Origin: Lama glama
Taxonomy: Eukaryota
Assembly (NCBI GenBank): GCA_028534125.1
Contig: CM052817.1
Location: forward strand, 80,230,001 to 80,293,784
Direction: 5' to 3'
DNA length: 63,784 bases
In this document: one piece after another, positions 52,351 to 63,784 of the stretch
How the letters are laid out: each line of letters opens with the position of its first letter
How positions within the stretch are numbered: the stretch's first letter is position 1
Notes under the pieces: generated by a model
The model's input: only the letters and a program-made list of their open reading frames with translations
Databases searched by the model: none
What the model was told of the DNA's origin: nothing
Position numbers and translations under genes: made by a program

Positions 52351-52679
52351 TTTCAATATTATCACTGTTTTTGTTTTGACAAATTTTATTATAATGCAAA
52401 AAAGTGCTATAAATATACAAAGTTCTACATCATGGCCAAGTAGAGAAATAAATATAGGTGAGATAAAATCACAAGACACGAGAGAAGAAAAAGAAGTTCA
52501 ACTAATAGGAACAGCCATAAGAGTAAGTACCACAGAAACAGACAGTGTAAAACGTGTACACCCAAGGAGAGAGGACAGATAAGATAGGAAAGTGAAAATT
52601 CTCCCTACTTCTAAAATTCATTTCTTTGTTTATACACACATGCACACACGAAATACAATCCTAGACTGAGTTACTTGCT

Positions 52680-52860
52680 CTGTTGGCTGCTGTCTCTCAT
52701 CACTTTATAGCATTTATTATGGTATATTGTATTTGCTTGGTTAATTGTCTGTCTTCTTCAGACTGCAAGCTCTTTGAAGGCAGGAAACATGTATGTCTTG
52801 TTTATCTTTGAATTCATTGTGTATTGCATATAGAAGACACTCAATAAATACTTACTAAAT
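52680..52860 (+). mobile_element. L2 3' end
   Basis: 'agactgcaagctctttgaaggcagg...actcaataaatactt'. Confidence 0.8.
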
Positions 52861-54389
52861 TTCAAAAACAAGACTTTGCAATACCGACATGTGTTTTTCC
52901 ATGAACTTTTTTCTAATATTTCCCATAAATATGCCTTAAATATAAAGTACATGTGTGTATATATTTTCTGTATATATAAAATCCTTGACTGTGTGCAACT
53001 TACTTTCTTTACTGCATGTAACATTTTGTTTCTAAATTTTTTCTTTTAACTGGAAAGTCTCAATGTTTATTAAAATTAAATACCTATGCTATTTAACATA
53101 ATAAGGGTCACCACATATTTAGGAAAATGCAATTGTCTTATTTACCACGTTTATATAATGTTAATTTTTCTATTATTTATTTTCTTCCTGAGTCTATTAT
53201 TCTTTTTGTTTGTAAAGCAATATACTTGATGCTGCAACCAGTGGCTTTTTGCCATGCATTCTTAGTACTTCTTGGAACATTTGGTTTAGGAAGTAGGGTA
53301 ATTAGTATATAAACATTGTGTAGCAGAACTACTCTAATTAGTGCCTTTTGGCCTGGGTTCAGTGATAAACAAAGTAAGATGCACGTCAGCATTTGTCCTA
53401 ACAGTTTATAAAAATTCTGTTATGGCCCTTTGGGACAGTGTACACAAGATACATTAAATAATGTGGTAGTTGAAACCATGAGAAAGGGTTCTATCATGTC
53501 GATTTAATAGTCTTCATGTAATAAATTAGCTGCCTAACTTTGAAGGCTTTCATTTGTTGTAATCATTCAGAAATCCTCAACTTAGCCATAATAATGTATC
53601 CCTAATAACTTTTCACATTTTTAATGAAACGTTGCCTCTTTAATCTGTACCTGAACCAATTTCTCTGTGTTTCTATAATCTAGCAGAAGAAGAGCATCAG
53701 TTTAGACCATGAGAATGAAATAGATTTAAAACTTTTAAGGTGCAAAGGCAAAACATTTCTCACTGACTTTAAGAGGCCTTCAGCAAATTTTCCTTGGGTT
53801 CAGTTCATTGTTTCTCAAGTCTCTTATTTCTGAAAAGCAGTACTTCCTATTTTTGAAGTATAACTGCTCGGAAGACTTTTCCTATTAAGTTTTGTCCTGT
53901 CAGTCACATTACTCAAGCTGCTATCCATATAAGGACAGATAATTTTTTCTAGAGACTAAGAACAAAACTGTCTGCCTGACAGCTTGTTTTTCGGAGAAAC
54001 TCTGAGATTAAAATTGGGGTCACTGTATGAGGTCTTGGTGCTGCTACTTTTGAGTCTGATTTGTACTCAGAATGTTGGTTGTCAAAAACATCTTTGTGAT
54101 TAATTTCCTTGTATGAAACCACTGAAAACGGAAAGTAAATATGTTTAAAAGTAGAAAACTTAATAGTTGAATATTTGTCAAAGATATGGAAATGATCATC
54201 AAAACTCTCCCTAAATTCTACACACAAACAACTGAATAAACCGACACACCTCCCCAAGCTGAATAGGTTTTACAATGTGCTTTCACCAAACTTTCGGGAG
54301 TTTGTAGTTCCTGTCTCATGAATATATTAAAAAAAATAAGTTGAGTTGAGAGAATGCTGCCTGGCTAGCTTTGTAAGCTTGTACAATCT

Positions 54390-57290
54390 TAATTCCAGAA
54401 GAATAGTATAAGAAAGGAAGATTGTAGGTCCATCTCACAATGACAAGTGTGAAAATTCTAAATGAAATATTAGCTACCTAAATTCCAACAATAGATTTTT
54501 TTTTTAATGTAGCATTTATCTCTGGAAGGCGGGACAGTTTAGTACCAAAAATATCAATGAAATCTATTAATGGTAAAAATACATAAATAGATTAAAAATT
54601 CACATAATTATCTAAAAGAATGCTTACAAGGTATTTGATAAAATTCAACTTCAACTTATGACTAAAAGAAAACCAGGAAAAAGAAACTTTACAAGCTTGA
54701 TGAAGGTTACATACTAAAACCTATAGCAAACATCAAAAATTTAAACTTTAAACAAACTTTAAACAAAACAAGACAAATATACTTGCCAAGACTGATATTC
54801 TTGATATAGATATGACTAATCCAATAAGAAAAAAAAAATGAGATAAAGATAGAGGAAGAGGAAGAAGGGGTAAAAGATAAAAATGTAACAGACAAAACAG
54901 CTGTCATTTGGAGATTATGTGATGTCTCCATAGGCAAAGAATTCGGACTAGCAAAAAGCAAGCTAAAATACTTTCAGGAATCAATGGTTTTGTTTTTCCA
55001 CATTCGCAGTAACTACATTTCAAAATTCACAATAGTTAAAAAAATTATAATACATTTAGACATTAACCTAAAAACTGCATAGCAAATTTTAAAACTTTAC
55101 TGAAGGATGTGAATAAAGACTTGAATAAATGAAGGGTTATATCATATGCATTGATGGGGGACATAACAACATAAAGATGTCAATTCTCACCAAGGACAAT
55201 TCCAATTAAAATAATAATGGGATTTTTTGAGACCTGAATAAAATGACTATGATGAAGGAACAAAAATCTACAAGTAGTTAAGTCTATTTGAAATACATCT
55301 GGAAGAAGATTGAATTTTGATTTTTTTTTACTAGATTTTAATTCACTTTAATAAAAGCAGTTTGGAACAGGCACAGAAACATAATCATACTAATGAAACA
55401 GAGGTGGGTGCTCAAAAACAGACTCAAAATGAGGAAGAGGTATATTGCTTAGTAGTTTCTTGGAAAAACTGGTTTATTAGATGAAAAATATAAAGTTGGG
55501 CCCATACCTCACATCATGTACAATATGAACTGCAGAGAGAACAATGGCCAACCTAGAAGTAACAGGTAAAAGCATAATGATAATAAAAGAAAATATTAGA
55601 GAATATCTTTGTGACCTTGGTATGTGAGAGAGCTACTTAAACCCTTTCCCAGAAGCACATCCTATCAGGGATAAATTGGTAGCTTTACAATGTCAAAACT
55701 GAGGATTTGTGTTCAGTGAATTACAGGGTAAAACAAAACTAACATAAAAGTGACAGATTAGACGAAGTTACCAGCAACATCAAAGACTGAAAAGAGATGC
55801 ATATATGGACTATGAGAAATGCTTGCAAATTCAAGAATAAGAATGGGAAAGCAGTGTATATATAAAAGCAGAGGTTATTCCTAGGCAATTCATGGGAGGA
55901 CATTTTTGAACAGCTACGTATATGAAGAGAGATGTTTAACCATATAAGTAATTAGAGAAATGCTTACTAAAATAACAATAGCATACCACCTCACATCCAT
56001 CTAAGAAGAAATTTTTGGAAAACCAGTAGGTAGATCAACATGTAGGTGAAAATTTGGGGTAATGGGCACACTTAATGACTAGTGGTGGGAATCTGGACTG
56101 ATGTAACCAGTCTGAAGAGAACTCTTACAATCCTCAGTAAAAGTATGTGTATAATTTGTCCCCTAGTAGTCCAATATTTGTGTGCACATTCCAGTGAAAC
56201 ACAGCTCAGGTCTATGATGGGGGTATATAGCCAATAGTGTGGCAGAATTGTTTCTGGTAGCATAGAGTTGAAGATAACATGAGTCTTTCACTAGAGAGAT
56301 GGTTAAGTAAAATGTGATGGATGCATTCTGTGAAACACTGTGTAGCAGTCAGAAGCAATAAAATAACTATACTGGCAGTGCTCTCCAGCCCAAGACCCCC
56401 AGGAACAGACATCTGTTGTGGAAACAAAATGGGTTTATTACTCATCATAGGGAAGGGGTAGCACACACTGTGGGGAACTGTGAAGCTTCTCAGCAAGAGA
56501 ATGTTTCCAAGGACTTAACAAGATATGAGCTTGTGTTAGATGATTTGAGAGAGGGTTAAGGTAGGACTTTGCTCTGGTTTGAATACTGTCAGGAAGCAGA
56601 ATTAATTCTGTGATTGCTTATTTTAATTAAATCTTACCCAAAAATGGTAAGAGTAGAATGCAGCAAAGCTGTTAATTGGCAAAGAAACAGCGATCACTCT
56701 TACTAGCCAGGGTAGGAAATGTTTGGTTGTTTTTGTGGCTTGGACAATGTTCGTATGTCTGTATTCAAACGTGATTATGTCCTAGTCTTGTGTTTGTCGT
56801 GATCCATTATGGTCACAGAGTGGCCTTGTCTAATGTTGATGTTCTGTGGAATTGTTTATGTTCAACTGAACACTTGAGTGTTAGGCCAGCTCTCAGTGAC
56901 ATGAAGGCCTTGCTGATAATACCAGGCCAGTTCCCCGATGTGCTCTTCTCTTCCACAGTGCTGTAACAGCATGAGGGAACTTGGAATGTGACATAGATTA
57001 TTAAAAGGCCTGACAAGATCTATAGCATAATATTATTTATGTAAATTAAACATCTAAGTAAAACAAGGGTATGTGTATTATTCAAGGATTAATGTGTATA
57101 TATAAGATTCTATACCAGATGCATAGGTTCTCATTTTTAGTGAGGGTAGAGAAAAGGGGCTAGTAGCCAATACTGGGATTGAAAAGAAATATTAAGTAAG
57201 AGAAGAGCCTCCTGAGGACCATTGTGATAGTATGCTGTGGACTGAGAATTATGATAATTCAGTTCCCAGCAGTGGGATCCAAAGGCCAAT
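54390..57290 (+). mobile_element. Old L1ME3-like element (ORF2 3' half plus 3'UTR) interrupted by an LTR
   Basis: 'gtatttgataaaattcaac', 'taaagatgtcaattctc', 'ccatacctcacatcat', 'aattagagaaatgc'; 3'UTR end 'tgctgtggactgagaattatga...gggatccaaa'. Confidence 0.8.
56370..56957 (-). mobile_element. ERVL-type solo LTR (MER68/MER76/MER77-like)
   Basis: About 590 bp ending in CA on the + strand; 'gaaacaaaatgggtttattactc', 'gggaactgtg' and 'gtcacagagtggccttgtct' resemble this LTR group; it splits the L1ME. Confidence 0.65.
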
Positions 57291-60172
57291 CTGTACATCA
57301 GCAGAGACGAGGTGGGAAAGAGTAGGAGCCCGTGGCCCAGCCTCGTGTTTGCATTGACTGCCCTTGCCTTTTGGGAGGTGGGGGAGGTGAAGTGCCTCCT
57401 TTAAGCTCTCCTAAATCTCTTTCATTTCCCCCAGCAGGAATGAGCTATTGTAATGATAGCATGTCGACACTTGCTGAAATAAAACATGCCCACCAGTGTA
57501 ACATGAGAGCATTAATATTTCATGTGGAAACTTGATTTAACTTTGAACATATCCCAAAATTTTGAAAGTAAAAACAACACAACAACAAATAGCCTGCCTC
57601 ATATTAGCTGCAGAGAAAGCTGGTTTGTTGCATCGTAGGTAAAAGATTTTTTCATAAACTATAAAATTAGGGTCTATAATCATGTTTACTATGTCTTCAC
57701 TTGCTGTCTAACTGTGGAAAAGTGCTTGCACCTTTAAGAAGAAAGAGACTTCCTATCCCCACTCCTGGTCTCTTATCAGTGATTCTTTGAAAGTACATGT
57801 CCTAGTGTCTTGAGTAAACTCACTTCAGCTTCTGTGATATTTAGAGGTAGCAGTAATAGGTATTAAGAGCGTAGATTTTTAATTTAGGAAGGGAAAAGCC
57901 TTAATTTTTATTTTGGCAGTTTTCTGTTCAACTCTAAAGTGAACGTGTAGGTCTCTGTCTCCTGGGGTCCTCATGCTTTGCTCTGCCTCTTTCAGTGTTT
58001 CTATCGCATTGGGTCTCCTGGCTTCCTGGGCATGTTAGCAAGATAAGGCTAATGCACCTGTGAAGGGCACTCTGCCTCGGGTTCTGACTTACTGTTGGTT
58101 CTTATTCTTCATTGACTCTGTTCTGGAAAGGGTGTCTTGATGTTATTTTTAAAACATTCTTTCTCTTAATTGATATCACTTTATGTTCATGCAGGGGGGA
58201 AAAGTATACAATGATAGTTCTTAGGGCATCAAATCTTGTTTTGTCATCTCTCTAATTATCTGAGCCTTCATTAACATTAAAATAGCAAACATAGAACTTT
58301 TTCCCGTGAAGCATTCACAGAAAAACCCTGAAATTAGTTTTTAAGGGTGATTACTCTTTATTACACTACCTTTATACATCTATGGCAGATCCCTAGGTTT
58401 CTTTTATGTCCACTAGTAAATACAATGAATTTTGATTTAAGAAGCAGACGTACTTCCATTCCCATTCTTGGACAGCACCCTAATTGGTAAGTTACTCTGG
58501 AATTTTGCTTATAAAAATATAAGCTATGAGATCTCTGTATGGCTTCTGTTTTCTTGAGAGAGGCAACATTGTTTCTTATAAAACTTATTCGTTCAGATTT
58601 CTGGGTTTGATCTCTTCAAATTTCTGTGCTTCATCTCTAAAAATATTTAGCAAATTCCACATTTGTTTTATGCCGATCAGGTTAAGAAGGAACTGTGTTT
58701 TCAAAATTGTGCTCTACATAAATTGTTCAGATTCACATTTTTCTGTGAAACAGTATTAAGAATGATAGCTCACAGTCTCTTTTAAACACATAATATGGCT
58801 AACATTATGTTTGCAATAAAGAATACTAGAAAAAGTAACACTGCTGCAAGCATGCAGAATAGTCTTTAATTTCACATGCCCCTGTGCTTCTCTTAATACC
58901 TGCAGATAGACTTCCCACAGCTGCATTGGTCCATTCCAGGTTGTGAAACTCATTTACACTAAAATATGAGTGAAAATGCTTGATCTGCCTTTGATCTTAT
59001 GAAATAGGGAGAGCTAACAGACAGTGTTCAAATCTTGTGCTCCTCCTTTCCCCCAACCAGTTTTCCTTCCGAGATATATTTATGTTTTCTATATCCCCTA
59101 CACCTGTGGGCCCAAGATTATAAAGCATAATAAGAAGTCAAAAAGAATAACTTTAGGGGAACTTTTTTCAATTCGTGTACCTAAGCGGACTAGGACCTTA
59201 GGCAATTTTCCCTGCAGATGCTAGCAATCTGGAAGGAGTGAAATGGGAGCAGACAGGTTGCTTCCTCACCTAAATCACTGAATGTGTTTCTTTGCAAACT
59301 TTTCAAATCATCAACTCACACACACTTTATAAGACTTTATTTAGTATCTCCATATCAGGAATGGAACTTGACACAATTTTCTGTACATGCACGCACACAT
59401 AATAAATGTCACCCTCTTGCAACTACAATAAGAATTCGTGCTTATAGCATTTGACTTTCTGTTAAAATCATTAACTTGAAATAGTGTTCTTTACAGGGGA
59501 ATTTCATCAGAAAGGATATAAAGTGTTTTAAGCATGTGATTGATTCCAAAGGAAAGGGAAAGCTAATAAAGAACTTAGTAGTATAACCATTGATTTAGCT
59601 ATTTTACAGGTACAGTTTGGATCTAAAGTGATTTTTTTTAAGTCTCTTTAGCCACTGTGGTGATAGGAGACAGATTTCATATATAGAGAGGTTCATATGT
59701 GGTACATTTGGCTTTAAAAGTAATTGTGGTTGGCACTGTAATAGGAAGTCAGCTAGGGTCACTGATGACATCTAATACCCAATGTTTCTGGTAGGCATGG
59801 GCCAGCGTTTGATTTGTTCTTTTGAGGAGAGGTTTATATGTCTAGTTAGGCAACATAAATTCTTATTTTTGGCATTCACATTAGATTCTCTATTTTGGTT
59901 TCTATATTTTTACACATTATAGACAAGTAGTAAATCCCCTAATTCTCTAACCAGAGAAATTTCTGAGAATACAGGTGTTTAAAACCTGAAGTAAGATTAC
60001 ATTAAAACGTTTCGCTAGTTTGAAGGAGAGAAGGATATTGTCTTTAATTCTTTATTTATAAATAAGTTTTGGCTACGTTTTAAAATTGTGTTTTATTACC
60101 TGATATACCAGGGGCATAGGGGTGCTATTCTTTTTGTTCTAAGGTCTCAGTATCTCTATTTTTCTTTAAAAT

Positions 60173-60400
60173 GAGGGTCAGTAAACTTTTTCTGTCAAAG
60201 TCCAGAGAGTAAATATTTTAAGCTATGCAGGCTACATATGGTCTCTGCTGCTTCCCCTCCCCCCCCCCCACTCCGCCATCCTCTTCCCCTTGCTCCTCTT
60301 CCTCTGTTTTTCGCAACCTTCTAAAAATGTAGAAACCATTCTAACCTTGAGTGGCCTAACAACCAGATTTGACCCGCTGGCTGGTTTAAGTGAGCCCTTA
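60173..60400 (+). mobile_element. MER58C-like hAT-Charlie element
   Basis: 'gggtcagtaaactttttctgtcaaagtccagagagtaaatattttaagct...taaaaatgtagaaaccattct'. Confidence 0.85.
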
Positions 60401-60679
60401 GCTCTAGACCCAGTTCTGCCCCCAACTCACTTGTGATTTTGGGCAGTTGGTATGATTGGCTTCTCTGGCTCTTGTATGCAGATAACCTAGTAGTCTTTTC
60501 TAGCTTGCAAAATCTATGAAATACATATATATGTATACACACACACACACTTGCTTTTGATTTATCATTTTAGATAAAGAGTTTAATTATTGCAGAAAAA
60601 ATTTGGTTGTGCTTCAAGTAAATTTAATTAATGCCCAGGTTAGTTATTATCAGGGCCAAGTCATCTGGCATGTGAACTC

Positions 60680-60890
60680 AGTGTCAGAAAGTCTGAATTT
60701 TAGGTGTTTGTTTGTTTGTTTGTCTGTCCTTGCCACTTACTAGCCTTCTGTGGTTTCAAGCAAGCCACCAAACCACTCTGAGTTTCAATTTCTTCTGAAA
60801 CTGAGGAAATGATACTAACTCCACCTACCTCTTAAAATTGCTTAATTTTCTGCTTGTAATGTAGATAATGAAAATGCTTTCTAAACTACA
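60680..60890 (+). mobile_element. MIR
   Basis: 'tgccacttactagc...aagcaagccaccaaaccactctgagtttcaatttc'. Confidence 0.7.
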
Positions 60891-61696
60891 AAATATAAAA
60901 ATCATTCTTTTAAACTACATGGTTTTATAACTGTAAATTTCCCTTTATAAGATTTATTATATGAAAAATGCTTTTAATTTAAAACTACTAGCTTAAATAA
61001 CATTAGCCATTCTAATCTAACATCTGGAAAACAGTAGAAGATCACTGGCTGGTTTGTCAAAGCAGTAGTAGCTTTTTCCCACCAGAAGTTATACCTAGAT
61101 TTTGATTGTACTGTTTCTTTTCTAATGATATTATATGTTCTCTAGACCATACATAACTAGCCGAGTTCTTAATATAATGACTTGCACGTAGTAGCCACTC
61201 AAATATCTGCTGACTTTCTGTAGGACCTTAGTCTGCCTAGGCATCAGATGTTCCTATTTCCTTTTCAGCTGTAAATAATTACGTTTTTACACTCAGAGTC
61301 TAAAACTGTTGCCTTTCCTTCTTTCATAGTTATTATTAAAGAAATTCTCCACAGATGTTTACTCCATTCCCTCAAATGATTCCCTTTTTTCCCCTTCTTC
61401 TATGGCAGGAGAATGAAAAGAAAAATATTCCTTGAGACTGGACAGGTTTTGTGCAATTGAAAGATAGTTAATTCCCAGTTTACTTTTTTTTTTAACCCTC
61501 TCCCATCCGTTATTTCCATCAAAAGCCTCTTTAAACCAATTTTCATGTAATAAAAGCTATACCTTGGTCAATGGAAGTTGATCTGGGTGGTGGGGGCAGG
61601 TGAGAAGGAAACTCCCTAGAAATCTGAGATGGATTTCTCAGATTTATTTGCTTTTGTGTTATACACAACTTAAAGGGAAAGAAAGCAGAATAACTT

Positions 61697-61865
61697 AGTG
61701 TGGTACTCCCCAAATCTAGCTGTACGTCAGAATCACCGGATGAACTTTGAAAAAACACAAGGGTTTTCTGGCCCTGCTGCAGACTTACTGAATTAGAATC
61801 TTTGAGATGCTCAGACCTAGGAATCCATATTTTTTAGAAGATCCAGCCAGATTTGAAAACCAGTG
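61697..61865. mobile_element. MER5-family hAT element
   Basis: 'tcagaatcacc...cagacttactgaattagaatct...ggaatccatatttttt'. Confidence 0.78.
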
Positions 61866-61879
61866 AAGTAGTTACTACT

Positions 61880-62110
61880 ATGGTCTGTAGAGGAAGATAG
61901 CTGTGAGTTTAAATTCTGGCTGTGTTATTTACTTCCTGTATGAATTTGAGCAAATTATTTAACCTCTCTCCAAAAAATTAAAGATAATAATAAAATTTTA
62001 TCTCATAGACATTTTCAAGGATTCCATGAGATAACATAGCACTGAAGTGCTTGACAATAACACTCAGTAAATCATTTGTCATTATTGTATGTGATTGTAT
62101 TATTATTTTT
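61880..62110 (+). mobile_element. MIR
   Basis: 'tttgagcaaattatttaacctctct...atgagataaca'. Confidence 0.7.
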
Positions 62111-62975
62111 CCTGACAGATACTGTAGCCTTTAGGAAAAAAGGGCTAAACAGAATTTAAACTTTGAATATAATCTTATTTGGTAGAATTTGACTAGAAAT
62201 TTATTTCATAGCAATCCCAAATTAAATTAGTGATGCCACATGTGAATTTTCAGCCTTATTGATAGCAATGTGTAGCTATATGTTCACTCTGTATTTTTCT
62301 TATGAAAACTTGGTTCTTTTTACAGCAGTAGTATGTATATGTTGCTAATAGGCCAAGAGAACAGTCATGTTCATTTGGTTAAAATGATTTAGAATTCAAC
62401 TGAATGCAGTAAAAGAAAAATTGAAAAGAAAGAATGCAAACTTATTTTGTGTTTACTGCTTGATTTCCGTTAGGCCCCACCTGAATGTTTTTTTAAGACC
62501 AAAGCCACAACTGAATCTGCTAGTGCCTGCAAGAATTTTAAATATGCATGTTAACTTTAGCAAACATTTAGTTTTCTTTAAAAGTGTGATTTCAAATACT
62601 ATACCAGTCAGAAAAATACCAGTAATTCATATGTGTTAAAATAAGTATCTGTACAGACTGCTGTGGTTTTTAACATCCTAAAAAGAATGAGATCCTTTTA
62701 AAGTATTTACCCTTTATGTTTATGTATACTTTGAAAAAATAAGTTTTATCATGAACGTAGGAGTACTTCATGCTCTATTCCTCATTATCTTGCTAAGTAT
62801 TGTCTTACAATTGAAAAAGATTTTTTGCCCAGTAGTTCGAAGGTGTGTTATGAAACATTGAACTGCTACCACAGCTGTGTATTACTGACAATATCCCTTT
62901 CAGTGAGGTCTTGGGCAGCCGTTTCTAAAGTGAAAATGTACAATGAAAACTTATCATTAAAAATAGCCAATTATG

Positions 62976-63167
62976 CGTAGAATAGATAAACAAGATTATA
63001 CTGTATAGCTCAGGGAAAAATATACACAAGATCTTATGGTAGCTCACAGAGAAAAAAATGTGACAATGAATATATACATATTCATGTGTAACTGAAAAAT
63101 TGTGCTTTACACTGGAATTTGACACAACATTGTAAAATGATTATAAAACAATTAAAAAAATGTTAGA
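62976..63167 (+). mobile_element. Young camelid L1 3'UTR end (about 190 bp) with 17-bp TSD
   Basis: TSD AAAAATAGCCA(A/G)TTATG at 62959-62975 and 63168-63184; TT|AAAA endonuclease site. Confidence 0.93.
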
Positions 63168-63250
63168 AAAAATAGCCAGTTATGTTGGGTCTTTGGTTAG
63201 ATTGAAATTCCCAGGGGTAACCGTATAAGTTAAAGCATTGCATTGATAAG

Positions 63251-63784
63251 TTTTTTTAACATTTTTTATTGATTTATAATCATTTTACAATGTTGTGTCA
63301 AATTCCAGTGTAGAGCACAATTTTTCAGTTATACATGAACATGTATATATTCATTATCACATTTTGTTCTCTGTGAGCTACCATAAGATCTTGTGTATAT
63401 TTCCCTGTGCCATACAGTACAATCTTGTTTATCTGTTCTACAATTTTGAAATCCCGTCTATCCCTTCCCACCCTCCACCCCCTTGGCAACCACAAGTTTG
63501 TATTCTATGTCTATGAGTCTGTTTCTGTTTTGTATTTATGTTTTGTTTGTTTGTTTGTTTGTTTTTTAGATTCCACATATGAGCGATCTCATATGGTATT
63601 TTTCTTTCTCTTTCTGGCTTACTTCACTTAGAATGACATTCTCCAGGAACATCCATGTTGCTGTAAATGCTGTTATGTTGTCAGCTTTTATGGCTGAATA
63701 GTATTCCATTGTATAAATATACCACATCTTCTTTATTCAGTCATCTGTTGATGGACATTTATGCTGTTTCCATGTCTTGGCTAT
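63251..63784 (-). mobile_element. Young camelid L1 3' end, runs off the window
   Basis: Antisense 3'UTR and ORF2 end 'ctggcttacttcacttagaatgacattctccagg...catctgttgatggaca'. Confidence 0.95.

Noticed and set aside
62959..63784. Single twin-primed inverted L1
   Set aside because: Both parts include the same 3' end, and the + copy has its own TSD

Overview
AT-rich mammalian non-coding DNA, almost certainly from a camelid (alpaca/llama/camel). It carries tRNA-Ala-derived SINEs of the Vic-1 type and young L1 3' ends with intact target-site duplications, on a background of old eutherian repeats: MIR, L2, L3/CR1, L1M/HAL1, hAT MER5/20/58/91, Charlie, MLT1 and an ERVL-type LTR. I could not identify any protein-coding exon. 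The only ORFs with recognisable homology are broken pieces of L1 ORF2. The + strand looks T-rich by eye, which suggests a large intron of a + strand gene, but I cannot name that gene. I found no evidence of a novel biological system. The most notable items are a tight tail-to-tail inverted pair of young L1s, multi-level nested insertions, several odd SINE copies, small palindromes and repair-like scars, a CTCF-like site, and motif-dense unique segments that may be enhancers or cryptic exons. Repeat subfamily names come from remembered consensus sequences, and boundaries without TSDs are approximate.
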